Assembly: GCA_030324005.1 (NCBI GenBank) | Contig: JARDVH010000031.1 | Coordinates: 53,735,314-53,799,313 of the forward strand | Source of the DNA: Negaprion brevirostris | Lineage: Eukaryota | Length of the DNA: 64,000 nucleotides | Direction: 5' to 3' | Shown: one piece after another, positions 51,681-64,000 of the stretch | Layout: the number at the start of each line of letters is the position of its first letter | How positions within the stretch are numbered: position 1 is the stretch's first letter | The notes under the pieces: model-generated | What the model was told of the DNA's origin: nothing | Databases searched by the model: none | Seen by the model: the letters and a program-made list of their open reading frames with translations, nothing else | Program-made: the position numbers and the translations under genes

Positions 51681-53420
51681 TCTATTTTATATTCAGTTCC
51701 ATGTTTACCTGCTCAATGAAAAAATAATGACACATTTAATTATTCCATCCAATTCAATTCCAAATTTATTAGTCTTGTAATGTGACAATTTATCATTGAA
51801 ACCAGCGCATTATAACTTATGAACAGTGTTGGATGCACTAATGTACTATTAGATACTAATATATGTTTAAGATTTTAAATGTGAAAATTTTAGTGTATCA
51901 GGTGTGCAGTTGATATACAAAAGCTGCAGTTTATTTGTTGTAACATGGTGGTCAAATATCTAATTTAGATTTTATATCTGTAATTTGAAAGTCAGTGTTT
52001 GTGATTTTACATTTTAAATATGTAGTTATCTACTTATTACTTTATATTGCTTTACAAGTTTATACTTGGCCCTTACTATTCAAAACTAATAAGTTAGTTA
52101 TGGTGATATGTCCCATTCTAAAACTATCTTTTCAGGNNNNNNNNNNNNNNNNNNNNNNNNNNNNNNNNNNNNNNNNNNNNNNNNNNNNNNNNNNNNNNNN
52201 NNNNNNNNNNNNNNNNNNNNNNNNNNNNNNNNNNNNAAAACTATCTTTTCAGGTGCATTTCATAATCTTTGCATTTCGTGTATCGTGCAAGTTGCATAAG
52301 CTTTATCTGGGAGGTATACAAAATGGCTATATATTTCCATAGAATATTACTTCTATAAAATTAATATATTTTCCAGTTTATATCCCTTTCTAAATCTAAT
52401 CTGTTAATTTACATACACCAAGCAAGGTAACAGATGTTGAATTAAGATCAAATAGCAATAATGTGATTTTACTCAATTCTGCAAGATTACACACACTGAT
52501 TAAGCAAGGAGTGTTTAAAATTTATTGTATCCAAATAATCTGATGAGAATCAATGATTTTGTAGCTGCTGGTATTGATAATACCATAGTTCTACTTTAAA
52601 TTGCAATATTGAAGTGACCGTTTATTTTGCACAATATATGTAACTTACAGCACATTTTCTGTGGATATTTTAAATCTTTTCAATGCTCTGAGGAAGAAGT
52701 GAAACCAGCTATTCATTATTATTAGCAAAGGGTCCACATTATATCTGTAAACATGTTCAATCCAATAGGAAAGTAGCCATTTTTCCTGTGAAATGGATAA
52801 AGAACAAAACATCTGTATACAAAAAAAGAAGAATGTGCAAGTATTTTTGAATCCAAGGCAGCATTTCTCTGTAATGTGAAGTAGCACACTTATCGAATTA
52901 CAAATTTTGTTACTTGAACTTAGAAATCTCATTTTATCCATGGTATCATAAATCTTTTTAATGTACGGAAATTTATTGTCATTTTAAATCTTTAGCACAA
53001 TTAATTTTTTGTTAGTGAATCAGTTACAATTATATCTGTATATGATGGATAAACAGTATTAAACTTCGTAAACCAATTTATTTAAAACTATTTTCCTGAT
53101 GAAAGAATTTAATTCAATAGCAAAGCTTACTAACAGTAGATGTTTTACGCAGAAATGTAAATACAAATTTACTCTAAGTAGATCAATCTTGTGCATCTTT
53201 AATGGCCACTCTATATTGAATAGAATTCACAGAAACTGGCCATAATTTTGTTCCTTTAAATTCCTATTCTTGTAAGAGGTGATAAAACAAGGTAGGCAAA
53301 CTTTATTATTATTATAACTTTCAGCATTACTGATTAAATAACTTGAAATTGCCATTTGGATTTTATTTTACCAACTGAAAATGTTTGCTGAGACCTAATA
53401 AAAAAAAATCATATCATTTA
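51681..53420 (+). other. Probable 3' UTR of slc4a10 with a candidate polyadenylation signal
   Basis: AT-rich stretch with no recognisable TE after the stop codon. AATAAA at 53397-53402, and TE-rich sequence resumes near 53475. The end is inferred. Confidence 0.55.
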
Positions 53421-53474
53421 TCTATCTGCTTTGAATTATGTTTGCAGAATTCCTATGGCATTCAGAATTCCTGT

Positions 53475-53740
53475 GGGGAGATAGTGGCATAGTGGTATTG
53501 TCACTGGATTAGCAATCCAGAGACCCAGACTACGGCAGATGGTGAAATATGAATTAAATAAAAATCTAGAATTAAAATTCTCATGATGACCATGAAACCA
53601 TTGTTAAAAACTCCTCTGGCTTGCTAATGACCTGGCATGGCCTACATGTGATTCCAGATCCCCAGCAACGTGGTTGTCTCTTAACGGGGGATGGGCAATA
53701 AAAGCTAGCCCGCGATGTCCATTCCCATGAATGAATCAAA
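53475..53740 (+). mobile_element. tRNA-derived SINE whose 3' end matches the LINE family at 45050
   Basis: A-box-like GTGGCATAGTGG, central ggcctacatgtgattccagatcc, tail gggatgggcaataaaagctagcc. Confidence 0.65.
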
Positions 53741-55337
53741 AAAAATCCTGAGTTTTATCCAACTTTCTTTTCTTACTTCCGTGTGCAATGCAATTGCACT
53801 GCTATACTTCATCCACTTGCTGCCTGTCAGTGATGACAGCAGAAAACCTGTCCGACCCTATTTGTACACTAATGACCTCGAGCTCTGCTTCGCCGCAACC
53901 TTTCTCGGCTTCCCTATCATTTCTTATTTCTCATATTACTTGTCTGACAGCTGGTTTTGGATGAGCTGAAGCCATTGGGTGGAATTTTATCTCACCTGAC
54001 CTTCAGGAAGGCAGGATTCGCCAAATATGTCAACAGGAAGATTTCCAATCAGAGGAGCCTCAGCAGGGGTCAGAATGACCGAAATGAATTACTGAGGATG
54101 CAGAACTACTGGAAGACAGAGAATGTAGAAACTTTCTCTCTGTCTTTGCTGATATTCCTGCCATGGGATCTGAAAAACTGAAGTAAGATGATGTTTGCCA
54201 ATGACGAGGAGAGGAAGGAAAGGGCCAGCCTCTCAAACCAAGCAGCCATACATGGAAGAGTGTAGTAGGAATCTAATTTGCCATTGGAGACAGTACTCCA
54301 AAAGCATCAATGACCACAGGAGAACAGGAAAGGTGAGTGGCAATGTACTGTCTGACTTTTCCAGCATTCTCATGAACAACACTCCTCAGAACACAACAAT
54401 TTGCAGCTCCAGTCATTCCTCCCTCTCCAGGCACCTGCTCAATCTCCAACTGGGCAACCAACACATACTCACCCTTATTTTGACATCTCACACTCATGCC
54501 TCGCAATCATTCTCCACAAATGTTGTCCTTCTCTCCCATCTCCCCAGTCCATTTCTGACACTCACAAATCTGTGCTATCACTCCTGGCAGGAAAAAAGAA
54601 TAACCTTGGAGAGAAGCAGGGACAGGATGGAGGTGGGAAATGGAATGATTCTCCAGCAATAGCCATTTTGATGGCCACTGGCACTGTGTGTCCTCTTGTT
54701 CTCGCAGGCTGCCATATCAAAAGCACGGATCCTCTGATCTACCAATGGGAGTCTATTCTCTTGGAATTGAATCACTGGCCATCAACTATGGCGTCCCTCA
54801 ATCTGGTTATAATTCCTTTATTGTGGAGTCCAATAGGTGTAGACAAAGGTCATAGGTAGAAGAGGGCACTNNNNNNNNNNNNNNNNNNNNNNNNNNNNNN
54901 NNNNNNNNNNNNNNNNNNNNNNNNNNNNNNNNNNNNNNNNNNNNNNNNNNNNNNNNNNNNNNNNNNNNNNNNNNNNNNNNNNNNNNNNNNNNNNNNNNNN
55001 NNNNNNNNNNNNNNNNNNNNNNNNNNNNNNNNNNNNNNNNNNNNNNNNNNNNNNNNNNNNNNNNNNNNNNNNNNNNNNNNNNNNNNNNNNNNNNNNNNNN
55101 NNNNNNNNNNNNNNNNNNNNNNNNNNNNNNNNNNNNNNNNNNNNNNNNNNNNNNNNNNNNNNNNNNNNNNNNNNNNNNNNNNNNNNNNNNNNNNNNNNNN
55201 NNNNNNNNNNNNNNNNNNNNNNNNNNNNNNNNNNNNNNNNNNNNNNNNNNNNNNNNNNNNNNNNNNNNNNNNNNNNNNNNNNNNNNNNNNNNNNNNNNNN
55301 NNNNNNNNNNNNNNNNNNNNNNNNNNNNNNNNNNNNA

Positions 55338-55527
55338 AGGGGCAATTTTAGCATGGCCAATCAACCTAACCCGCACATCTTTGGACTGTGGGAGGAAACC
55401 AGAGCACCTGGAGAAAACCCACACAGACACGAGGAGAATGTGCAATCTCCACACAGACAGTGACCCAAGCCAGGAATCAAACTCAGGTCCCTAAAGCAGC
55501 AGTGCTAACCACTGTGCTACTGTGCCG
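55338..55527 (-). mobile_element. V-SINE 5' half (rest lies in a gap)
   Basis: Reverse A/B boxes and V-domain. Confidence 0.8.
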
Positions 55528-55629
55528 CCACAATTTAACCTGCCTGGTTAAATCCTGGAAATGGGTGGGGTCAGAATTTAGCACCTCCTTCGCACCTGAA
55601 CCCACATTTCTATGGCAGTTAAAACTCTG

Positions 55630-56300
55630 CCCATTGTCTTTGGCACCTGCCAAAAATACAACCCTCTTTTCACCAATCCCATTCCCCTTCCTGGCCACTG
55701 CCTGAAATTGCATCAAACTATTCACTACATTGTAGTCTTTTTTGACTCTGAGCTGTTCCCATACACTGTGCATGACTGAGACCACCCACTTCCACCATCT
55801 TTTACTGAAGTCCCTTTCCGTGCTTTTGTGGATTTAATAATTCCACTGCTCCCACCAACATATTTCAACTAATCTGAAACTCAGCTGGCTGAATCCTAAC
55901 CTGCATCAACTGCCAATCACCCACAATTTCTGTGCTCATTAATCTACATGAGCTCATGTTGGAATTACCCTCATATAAAATTCTTACATCTGTGTTCAAA
56001 TTTCTTGATGGCCTTGCTCCTACCTTCTCCAGCCCTACAAACCTCCAATATCTCTGCTGTCCTCCAATTCTGATCTCTTTCACATTCTTGAATTCTATCA
56101 CTCCACTGATCATGCTATGCTGTCATCTGCCTCAACTTCTAAATTCTGGAACCCCTTTCTGAACCCCGCTGCCTTTCTCCCCCCTCCTCCTTTAAAATCC
56201 AACTTAAATCCAACCTCCTTAATCAAGCACTTAGCCTGTCTTAAATCCACTTTATGGGACATGTGTCAAACTTCTGTTTGAAACAAAAGTAGTAAAGGGA
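55630..56300 (+). mobile_element. L2 LINE 3' remnant
   Basis: Homologous to 40370-41200; SYKILTSVFKFLDGLAP. Confidence 0.6.
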
Positions 56301-56489
56301 GTTGACGTACAGATTAGTCTTGAAGGAACATGCTCAAGGGGGTGAATGACCAAATCCTCTTTGTGTTCCTGTGTCCTATGCCTGGACAACAGCGGTTGAG
56401 TCATTTCCAGGGGCATCAAATATATCTCCAATGGCCTCAGAAGCAGCAAGGCTAAGTACAATGCTTCATCTCTCCATCAATTTACAATG

Positions 56490-56758
56490 TCAGCCATGAC
56501 TCAGTTGATAGCATTACCTCTGGTCAAATTCTGGGTTCATGGCTCATCCCAAGACTTGAGCACAAAAAACACTTAACAGCAGTACTGAGGCAGTGCTGAA
56601 CTGTCAGAGGTGCCACCTTTCAGGAGAGGTCTTACCTGCCTTCTCAGGTGGATTTAATATGTCCCATAGCACCTTTTTAAAGAAGATTTGGGGTGTAATC
56701 CAATATTTACCCCAACTCATAGCATGAATTGGTTTATCTGGCCATTGCTGTTTGTGAG
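56490..56758 (+). mobile_element. Deu-domain SINE (SacSINE1/AmnSINE1-like)
   Basis: gacttgagcac...gcagtactgaggcagtgctgaactgtcagaggtgccacctttc...ctcaggtgga...tcccatagcac...ccaatattta...cattgctgtttgtg. Confidence 0.7.
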
Positions 56759-56769
56759 AAACTCCAGGT

Positions 56770-57500
56770 CTATCATCTCTCCACCCCTCTGGGATCCTTC
56801 CCTGAAGTTGTGAATCAGTTTGCCCTGTATGAAGGTGAATAGAGTATAAGCAGGATGCGTGCCAAAGCAGATGATAAGGATGTGTGGATGGTCCTATGAA
56901 ATAATGAGGATGTGACTGACAGAGGAGATGATGATGTGTTTGGGAGAGTTAGTGACGGTGTGCCTTGATTTGGCAATGAGTGAGATCCTGGTGGATGTTC
57001 GGTGGGTCTAAGTTGAGAGTGATGAGACCGATACTTACCGTGGCAGAATGGAAGAGATCATTTATCCCTTGAGGCTGGAGGCTGTCCTCTTCTGCAAGGC
57101 ATTAAGTGCTGACCATTGCTACCACCACCTCACATGCTGGATTGGTGATCTAGCTGATAGGTCTTTGCCCTGAATGTAGGTATATCATGTTGCAGCTGGC
57201 CTCCACTGCATTCAGCAGGCTCTCCAGGAAGGTATTGGTGAATCTCAGGGCAATGTGCTTCTTAGTTTTCGCAGTAATGATTTTCCAGCCATAAGTATAC
57301 TAGCTGTGTGTAGGGGCAGCCTTTAAATGTGGCACCCTGATCATTAAAGTGCTGAGGTGGGGCGGGGCGGACGAATCAGAGGCCATCCACCAGCAATATG
57401 GCTTGGAACCCGTGTCTGCAATTATTTTTCTTCTAAGTGTTGCACTGTACGGTGGAAAAAGCCACCATTGCCATTGGCAGACTCAACGCTGCTTTTCCTG
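56770..57500 (-). mobile_element. Harbinger Myb-like ORF remnant
   Basis: KKHIALRFTNTFLESLLNAVEASCNMIY on the minus strand near 57180-57262. Confidence 0.55.
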
Positions 57501-58949
57501 CCTGACATTGGCCTTTGTTGATATCAGACAAAATATCAATCCTGCTTCTCTTATCCCAATTCTTCCATCCAAACGAAAGTGATTATAATGAAACTTGTGA
57601 TGAAGAGTGAGAGCTTAATCAGGGTATGTAAAGCAATACGTTCCTGAGTGAAGTGATCTAGATGTTGGAAATTCTCCTGACATTCTAAGCAGCACAATGG
57701 CACAAAGATTCCTGTAATCCCGTTTCCTACAGGTGAACACCCCTTTTAAATACTGTCTTCTGTCATGCTGAGAGACAAAGAATGTCTTGGAGACAGCACT
57801 ATATAAACCATTCACTCATTGGAGATTTGTGCTGCTTCACCAGCTGTTTCTCATGGGCTCCATGTACCATGACTTTTAAGAAGCCCAAATTGGTATCCTC
57901 TGCGAGCAGTGAAAAGAATTAAATCAGTGCTATCCCAACGCCACAGCCATACCAGCAGACGTGACGATAGACGTTCTAACTTGGGCAATGCAGATTCATT
58001 GAATGAACTTGCACGTCTTTCTGTAAAGAACAAGCTGGACTGTGGATCAGTGCTTTCAACTTGAAGGTAAGGTAACTTTGAAGAATTTCTGGTGTGGCAG
58101 AGTTCCTGGGAGTGCTGTGAAGTGTTTCTGGAGGTGTTTCGTTAAGTGTCTGGAATTAGCAAGGAGTGTTGAATCATCCACACAGGTGTGGCAGAGGAGG
58201 AGGTGACCCCATTCACACACAAGCAGCAACAATTTTGAGGATTCACCATTTTTATAAGAACTCCTTTTACTCACTCTTTGCATAAATTTACACAGCGTAT
58301 AACTGTTTGAGTTGCCATTATTTTTGCAGATATTAGACTCCTTCCCAAAAGTTTTTTTTTTGTTTCTGTTTCCTGTATGAAACAATGCTACTGCAAGGCA
58401 GAAAATAACAGTGCCCAGCTAGCGCAAGTATGATTGGAATAGTTCATTGTCACTGGCTTTGCAACAGCAAAATACAGGTGAGGAAGGGGAAGGGAAGGAA
58501 CTCTGTGTGGAGGGAAGAAAAATATGGTCCTCCATAAAAGGCCCCACCCACATCATGACTAATATCAATTCTTGTTTGAGCTACAATTTCCTCCAGTTAA
58601 ACATTAAGAAGACTGCAGACATTGGCCGGAACTCGACCATTTCACCCGCCACAGAATCAGTGCAGGCAAGGGTCAGACAATGGGAATCTCTGTTGATCTT
58701 GGACAGGAATTTCTGGTCTCATTCAAGCGAGGCCGTAAAATCCCACTCAGTGTCTTAAATCATAAGTATAAGTTGCATGAACCGGATTTATAACTCCTTG
58801 GGTGCAGGTGGTTTGCTTTATTTGCTGTAACTATAGATACGTCATTGATTATCAAGCTTTGAAGATAAATGCTCTAAACTATTAAGAAATCTCTTTCATT
58901 GGCTTTAATTCTTTCCCCTGTAATATTCTGTGCATGGTTAGCATTTAAC

Positions 58950-61900
58950 CAGTCTATATACATGACACTGCACTACTCAATGTAATGAGAACCACTCCTA
59001 TGTACAAATGAACTAGGAATGGGAGGCAAAGAAGTTATGAATCATGAAGGAGATTATCATGCAGTTACGCTGCTTCTATCATGGCCTGGAGCCTCAAACC
59101 AGGGCAAGGGTGATCCTCCTATTAGTTTTGAAGGTTACCATCGCACTTACATTCTAGGCCAAGTGATCCTTCCAGGTAGAAACATCTGACACCAGCATAT
59201 TACAGTTTGCCTAATATTGAAAGGCCAAGGAGCTGACATGATTACAGAAAAAAATGGACTTCATCCTCTTCTCTTTGAGTAGGGAATACCAGTAAGTAAG
59301 TCCAGGTGAGTTTGCAGGAATAACTAGGTTCAGGGTGCCATTGACTGCAAGTCGCTCTGCATCTCCATGTCAATGGATTGCAATTTTACAAATACCAGGG
59401 CTACAACTCTGAAAGCATAGTTTGTGTGTGATCACACCAAGAAGTTCATCTCAGTGAATGCCTGTAGCCATCTTGGCAGCACCCCTAATACTTTTATCCT
59501 GCAGAATATAAGGATAGCAGTTTGGTGACAAGGGCTACCTCTACCACACATGGCTATTTTTCACTTCCAACAACGCAAAGTCCAATTGAGCCACCCTCAA
59601 CACTCAGGAGCAAGCCATTGGTCTTGTAAAGGAAAGAGTTTGCAGCTTAGATCACTCAAGGGATCACTTTGGTATTTACACGCCCAAGATACTGTCCATG
59701 TTTTTGATGGTGTACTGCATCCACTACAATCTTGTAATACTGACGGCTCTGTCACTATCTTCTGGGGTCTGGAGACCATCCTTGGAAAGAGGAGAAGGTT
59801 ACATTCGCCATGTGCAACTGGGTAAAGTAAGGTGGGGGCCACATTGTGAGGATCCACTTCCACTCCAACCCCAACATGGATCCAAACAAAACATTCATAC
59901 TCCATCGCAAAGTTCCCTTGGGCAACATCATTCAATAAAGGCTAATAGTGAAAACCTTCACTCAACAACTTCAGCCAGTAACACATGAATAGAGCAAAAA
60001 AAACCCTAGCCATAATCACCCTATGTATCCCTCTAATGCCTATCTTGCAGGTGCCCATGCTGGACTCTTAAGCCATGCTAACACAATGGCTGCAGTATGG
60101 CTGTGTTACGCAGTTGACCTTCCCTTGGAGAGAATGCCAATGGCCTCACAGGACATCCTAGAGCGGCATTGGACCATGAAGACCTGGTGTTGGACTGCAC
60201 TGTCTCAGTTTAGGTGGCAGCATTCTGGGCTGGCTGGTTGAGAGGCAACAGCAAAAGAATTGGCAGTGTTGTCAGTGCTGAGAGCAGAAATGAGAGAGGT
60301 TAGCAAATTTGTGCTCGATGGTACCTCTGCCGTTCCACCAGTGCAGTACGTTAGCAATCCTGCTGGAGCACTGTTGCCAGACTTTGAGCAGTTTGATCCA
60401 TAGTCATGATTGCAGCTGTGTCTCTGGATGTCCTTGAACTTTTACTGTAGCACTGAGAGATACAATGATTTTGCCTGTACTGCATTTGAAGATGAGATAA
60501 TGGCCAGCAGATGCTCCAGATGCTTGGGTGGGTTGAGTAGTGCTATCACTGAGGTTCCTACCACTTCAACAGTGGGAAGTATGCCTTGTGCCATGGCTGT
60601 GGGTCTAGCAATGCATTAGTCATTGCGGTATGTATCCTGATCAAAATTTTTATATAATCCACTCCATCTGAGTTTCCTGTTGCAAAACCCAGTTGCTCCC
60701 TCATCTTCTAGGGGGATTTGTACCTGAGCTGACCTATCTTGCTGTCCTAGCTTCAGCCCAGTGTCTCAGCATGGTTTGTCTCCAGCCCTATCTTAGCCTC
60801 TGAGGTATGCAGAGTGCCAGCACCTGCGCTGCATGTTTGGTTAAGTGTCAATGCCTCTACCTGAGAGGTCCATTGTTGCTCTTAACACTTCCTCATTAAG
60901 TTCTGTTATATGGACAGTTAGAAATTCCTTACTATCTGAAAGCTCAGACACATAAGGGGATATTAGGTGTGAGGCAAGGATGGGTGGGGAAGAAAACAGG
61001 AGGTTCATGGTGCTTCCATGTGCATTTCCATTTCATTTCACATTTCAAAATGAAGAACAAAGAACAACCCAGCACGGGAAACAGGCCCTTTGGCCCAACG
61101 AGCCCACGCCGCCATTTCAGCAAAGCATTTTCCTACACCTACCCTGCCCCGTGTGTATGTGAATGGTACCCCTAATGTAGCCAGANNNNNNNNNNNNNNN
61201 NNNNNNNNNNNNNNNNNNNNNNNNNNNNNNNNNNNNNNNNNNNNNNNNNNNNNNNNNNNNNNNNNNNNNNNNNNNNNNNNNNNNNCAGATTCGTAAGGCA
61301 AGACCTCCCCTGAACAAAGCCATGTTGCGTATCCCTAATCAGATTGCAACGCTCCAAATGCTTATACATCCTATCCCTAAGAATTTTTTCCAATAATTTT
61401 CCTACTACCAATGTCAAACTCACTGGTCTATAATTACCAGGGTTATCCCCACTGCCCTTTTTAAACAGTGGTATCACATTAGCTATCGTCCAGTCCTCTG
61501 GGACCTCTCCTGTGTCTAAAGAAGAGACAAAGATTTGTGTCAGAGGCCCAGCAATTTCATCTTTCACCTCCCTAAGCAAGGTGGGGAGTGAGTGCAGAAG
61601 GCCCATGAGGAAACAACTTGCCATTATCTTTGGCAGCGCCAGGTGCCACTGGTTGTTTGGCATTGGTCCAAATAATTCTGTGCACCACCTCCTTCACAGC
61701 TCTGAGAGGATTCAGGTGTACCAGTGCTCTTATTGTCCTGGGAGGGTTTCCTCCTGTTGTGGGCCACTTCTCCTGCAATTGAAGGGACACCATCCATGAG
61801 TCCTTGGATGATATACTGCCATAGGTGAACAGCCATACATTTGTCGAGACACATAGAGGAGCGTGTGCAGTTGTCGTTATGGAGGGCATGTTTGTGGATG

Positions 61901-62490
61901 AATTTATGATTATTAGATGTGAGCCCTGAGTGTCAAAATATGGTGATCAGAGAGAGATGGGAGAATGTTGCAATGAATGGTGTGAAGATGGATATGAAAT
62001 GTGATGTGCAGGTACATTCATTCACCATAGCTACCCAAGTGAGACCTTTGAACTTTCTTTGGCTTGCGCCATTTCAGCACAGCAAACAGAAGTCTGGGCC
62101 AGTTGGCTAACAGACAAAGGAAAGGCACTGGCTAAGTAGCAGTGGTGGGAGAAACGTATCCCCCTTTCTCACCTGTTGCACCAAGATATCAATTGAGCAC
62201 CAGAGAATCTCAAAACACGATCTCTATCCAGCTACTCCATCATTCTCCTTTTCACTCAGTCATCCAAAAGCAGTTTTAGCACTAGCTCCACTGAGAACGC
62301 CCTGCCACTTTACAGGATGGAGGTAGTTAGTGCAGGCTAGCTGTAAGTGGTGTTAGGCTTGAAAAGGCTTGGATCCCCCCACTGAACACCACATTAACCA
62401 GTGGCTGCAACAGCAATCATGTAATTAGAAGGCAGCATGAAGTTGGCATATTGCCTACTGGACAAGCGACAAGTGTGAGTTAATCACATA
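58950..62490. mobile_element. Decayed two-gene Harbinger transposon (transposase on +, Myb-like ORF on -)
   Basis: + strand QGAIDC (59331-59348), VCDHTKKFISVNA, GDKGYLYHTWL. - strand DRVLRFSGAQL...KWRKPKK near 62040-62230. Boundaries approximate. Confidence 0.65.
61054..61582 (-). mobile_element. CR1 LINE inserted in the Harbinger (gap inside)
   Basis: LREVKDEIAGPLTQIFVSSLDTGEVPEDWTIANVIPLFKKGSGDNPGNYRPVSLT...QHGFVQGRSCLTNL. Confidence 0.9.
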
Positions 62491-63013
62491 TCAGCAGGAT
62501 TTTATATGCAAACTGCTGGGTATTCTGTAGGTGGCCGGCTGTTGGCCAGCAACATGATCTTCTGGTCCCACCATTGTCAATGGGGTTTCCCATTGAATGC
62601 ATTCCTTGCCATTGGGAAACCCATGTCGCTGGTGTGCTGTCGGTGGGACTGGAAGATCCTGCCAGAGTGAAGGTCTGGAAAATTCTGGCAATTGTGTTCC
62701 TATGCCTGTTATTTTAGGCCTGAAGAGTTTTTTCTGATACGGTTATATAAATGTTGAGTTAAGCGCCATCATTATAAAGAAAAATAGTTGTAAAGTTAAA
62801 CCTTTCTTGAACTTCATTAAAAAAAATCCTCATCATTAAAATACACAATAACAAAATATTTGTTCATGAATTTTATTTTGAGGAATGCAAATAATTAGAA
62901 TGGAAACACCACAGAGTAGCAATTGATTGAAATATTAGCGGCAAATATTCATTTGTTGGCTTCCAAGTACTGTGATTGATTAGTATGGAATGCATACTAA
63001 ATCAATGTCTGAC

Positions 63014-63192
63014 CTGTCTGGCTCTTCACTTCCACTGCTTTCAGTGTCTTCTTGAATGTTTCCTAATGGTAGGAGAAGGTACCTCACATTTGTAGTTTCA
63101 CCTGCCACTTCATTCCAGCTTAGCATGCTTTTAGCTGCTTTCACCCATACGTTTTCAGGATCTGCATCTTCATCGTCATTAAACCATACTTC
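63014..63192 (-). CDS. Putative coding exon of an unidentified convergent gene
   Basis: Branch-like cctaat, pyrimidine tract, ctAG|gaa...ag|GTCAGA. 179 nt, open in one frame: EVWFNDDEDADPENVWVKAAKSMLSWNEVAGETTNVRYLLLPLGNIQEDTESSGSEEPD. Confidence 0.45.
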
Positions 63193-63419
63193 CTAGTAAC
63201 ACAGTGAGAGCAAATTAGGAACATTTTCTTAGCATTTGATAATGTTTTAGTGCCTGGAAATAACAAGCAATGTTAATGATGAAAAATTCTCAACCACCTT
63301 GGCTCAGTGGATAGGCAGTCTGGAGAGAAAATATAGAATAAATATATGATTTCATCAAAGCAATTATGAGAAAGTGGTTATGAGGCTCAATCCGCTCTGT
63401 TAGACCAAGGCTCCCACCT

Positions 63420-64000
63420 TAAACACTCTGGAATTCACCATTGATGAGAAGGTAAGTGAATCAGTCTTGTATATAATGTGGCTACAAGAGTAGGGCAGAG
63501 ATTGGATGTTCTGATATATGGCTCACTTTCTGATCCTTTAAAGCCTGTCCATCATCTACAAGGCTTAAGACAGGAATGTGATGAAATATTCACCACTAGC
63601 CAAGTTGGGGACAGGAATTACACTTAAACTCCAAATGTGATGTCCCACAGCACCTCATGGATGCCCAGTCTTGAGCTGCTGGATCTATTTGAAATCTATC
63701 CCATTTTACACAGTGTTAGTGCCATACAACATGATGGAGTGTATCCTCAATGTGAAAACAGGACTTTGCAATGGTCACTCCTAACGATAACTGCCATGGA
63801 CAAATATATTTGCGGCAGGCAAGTTGGTGAGGTTGAGGTCAAATATGGTTTGCCTTCTTGTTCATCCTTTAGGACTTGGCCAGCTCGGTTAGTAGACCGA
63901 ATCACTCTTGGTGATGTCATTGAAGTCCCTCACCCAGAGTGCATTTTGTGCCCTTGCCACCCTTAGCGCTTTGTCCAAGTGGGGTTCAACATGGAGGAAT
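63420..64000. mobile_element. LINE fragments: + strand 3' piece, then - strand endonuclease-region piece
   Basis: 63420-63640 matches 29440-29630. 63650-64000 on the minus strand reads ARAQNALWVRDFNDITK, which is APE-like. Confidence 0.55.

Noticed and set aside
52119-52253. aaaactatcttttcagg repeated in the 3' UTR
   Set aside because: It flanks a 100-N gap, so it is probably an unmerged contig overlap.
54807-55454. Long ORFs of 180-215 aa
   Set aside because: Mostly N gap plus SINE sequence.
61172-61663. 163-aa ORF as a host gene
   Set aside because: Chimera of flanking DNA and CR1 ORF2 that runs into Ns.

Overview
Eukaryotic, AT-rich, TE-dense vertebrate DNA with many N gaps. The repeat content (V-SINE/HE1-type SINEs, a Deu-domain SINE, CR1, L2, RTE, Penelope, Harbinger) points to a shark or ray. 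The + strand carries the 3' half of a Na+-coupled bicarbonate transporter gene, best matching SLC4A10 (NBCn2/NCBE). It has 11 constitutive coding exons with GT-AG boundaries and consistent phases (4400-44317), a 39-nt alternative cassette that introduces a stop (51088-51126), a terminal exon ending in the PDZ ligand ETCL (51602-51680) and a probable ~1.7 kb 3' UTR. Introns hold decayed mobile elements: nested CR1s, a Gypsy-type LTR element, several two-gene Harbinger transposon remnants and Penelope fragments. The most unusual signal is a tandem pair of minimal hammerhead-ribozyme motifs in a Penelope pLTR, sense to the pre-mRNA (1840-1960). Each copy looks individually flawed, but they could complement each other as a dimer. 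A candidate exon of an unidentified convergent gene lies at 63014-63192 (-). Almost all other ORFs in the track are spurious or TE-derived. All identifications are by eye and from memory of family consensus sequences; no searches were run.
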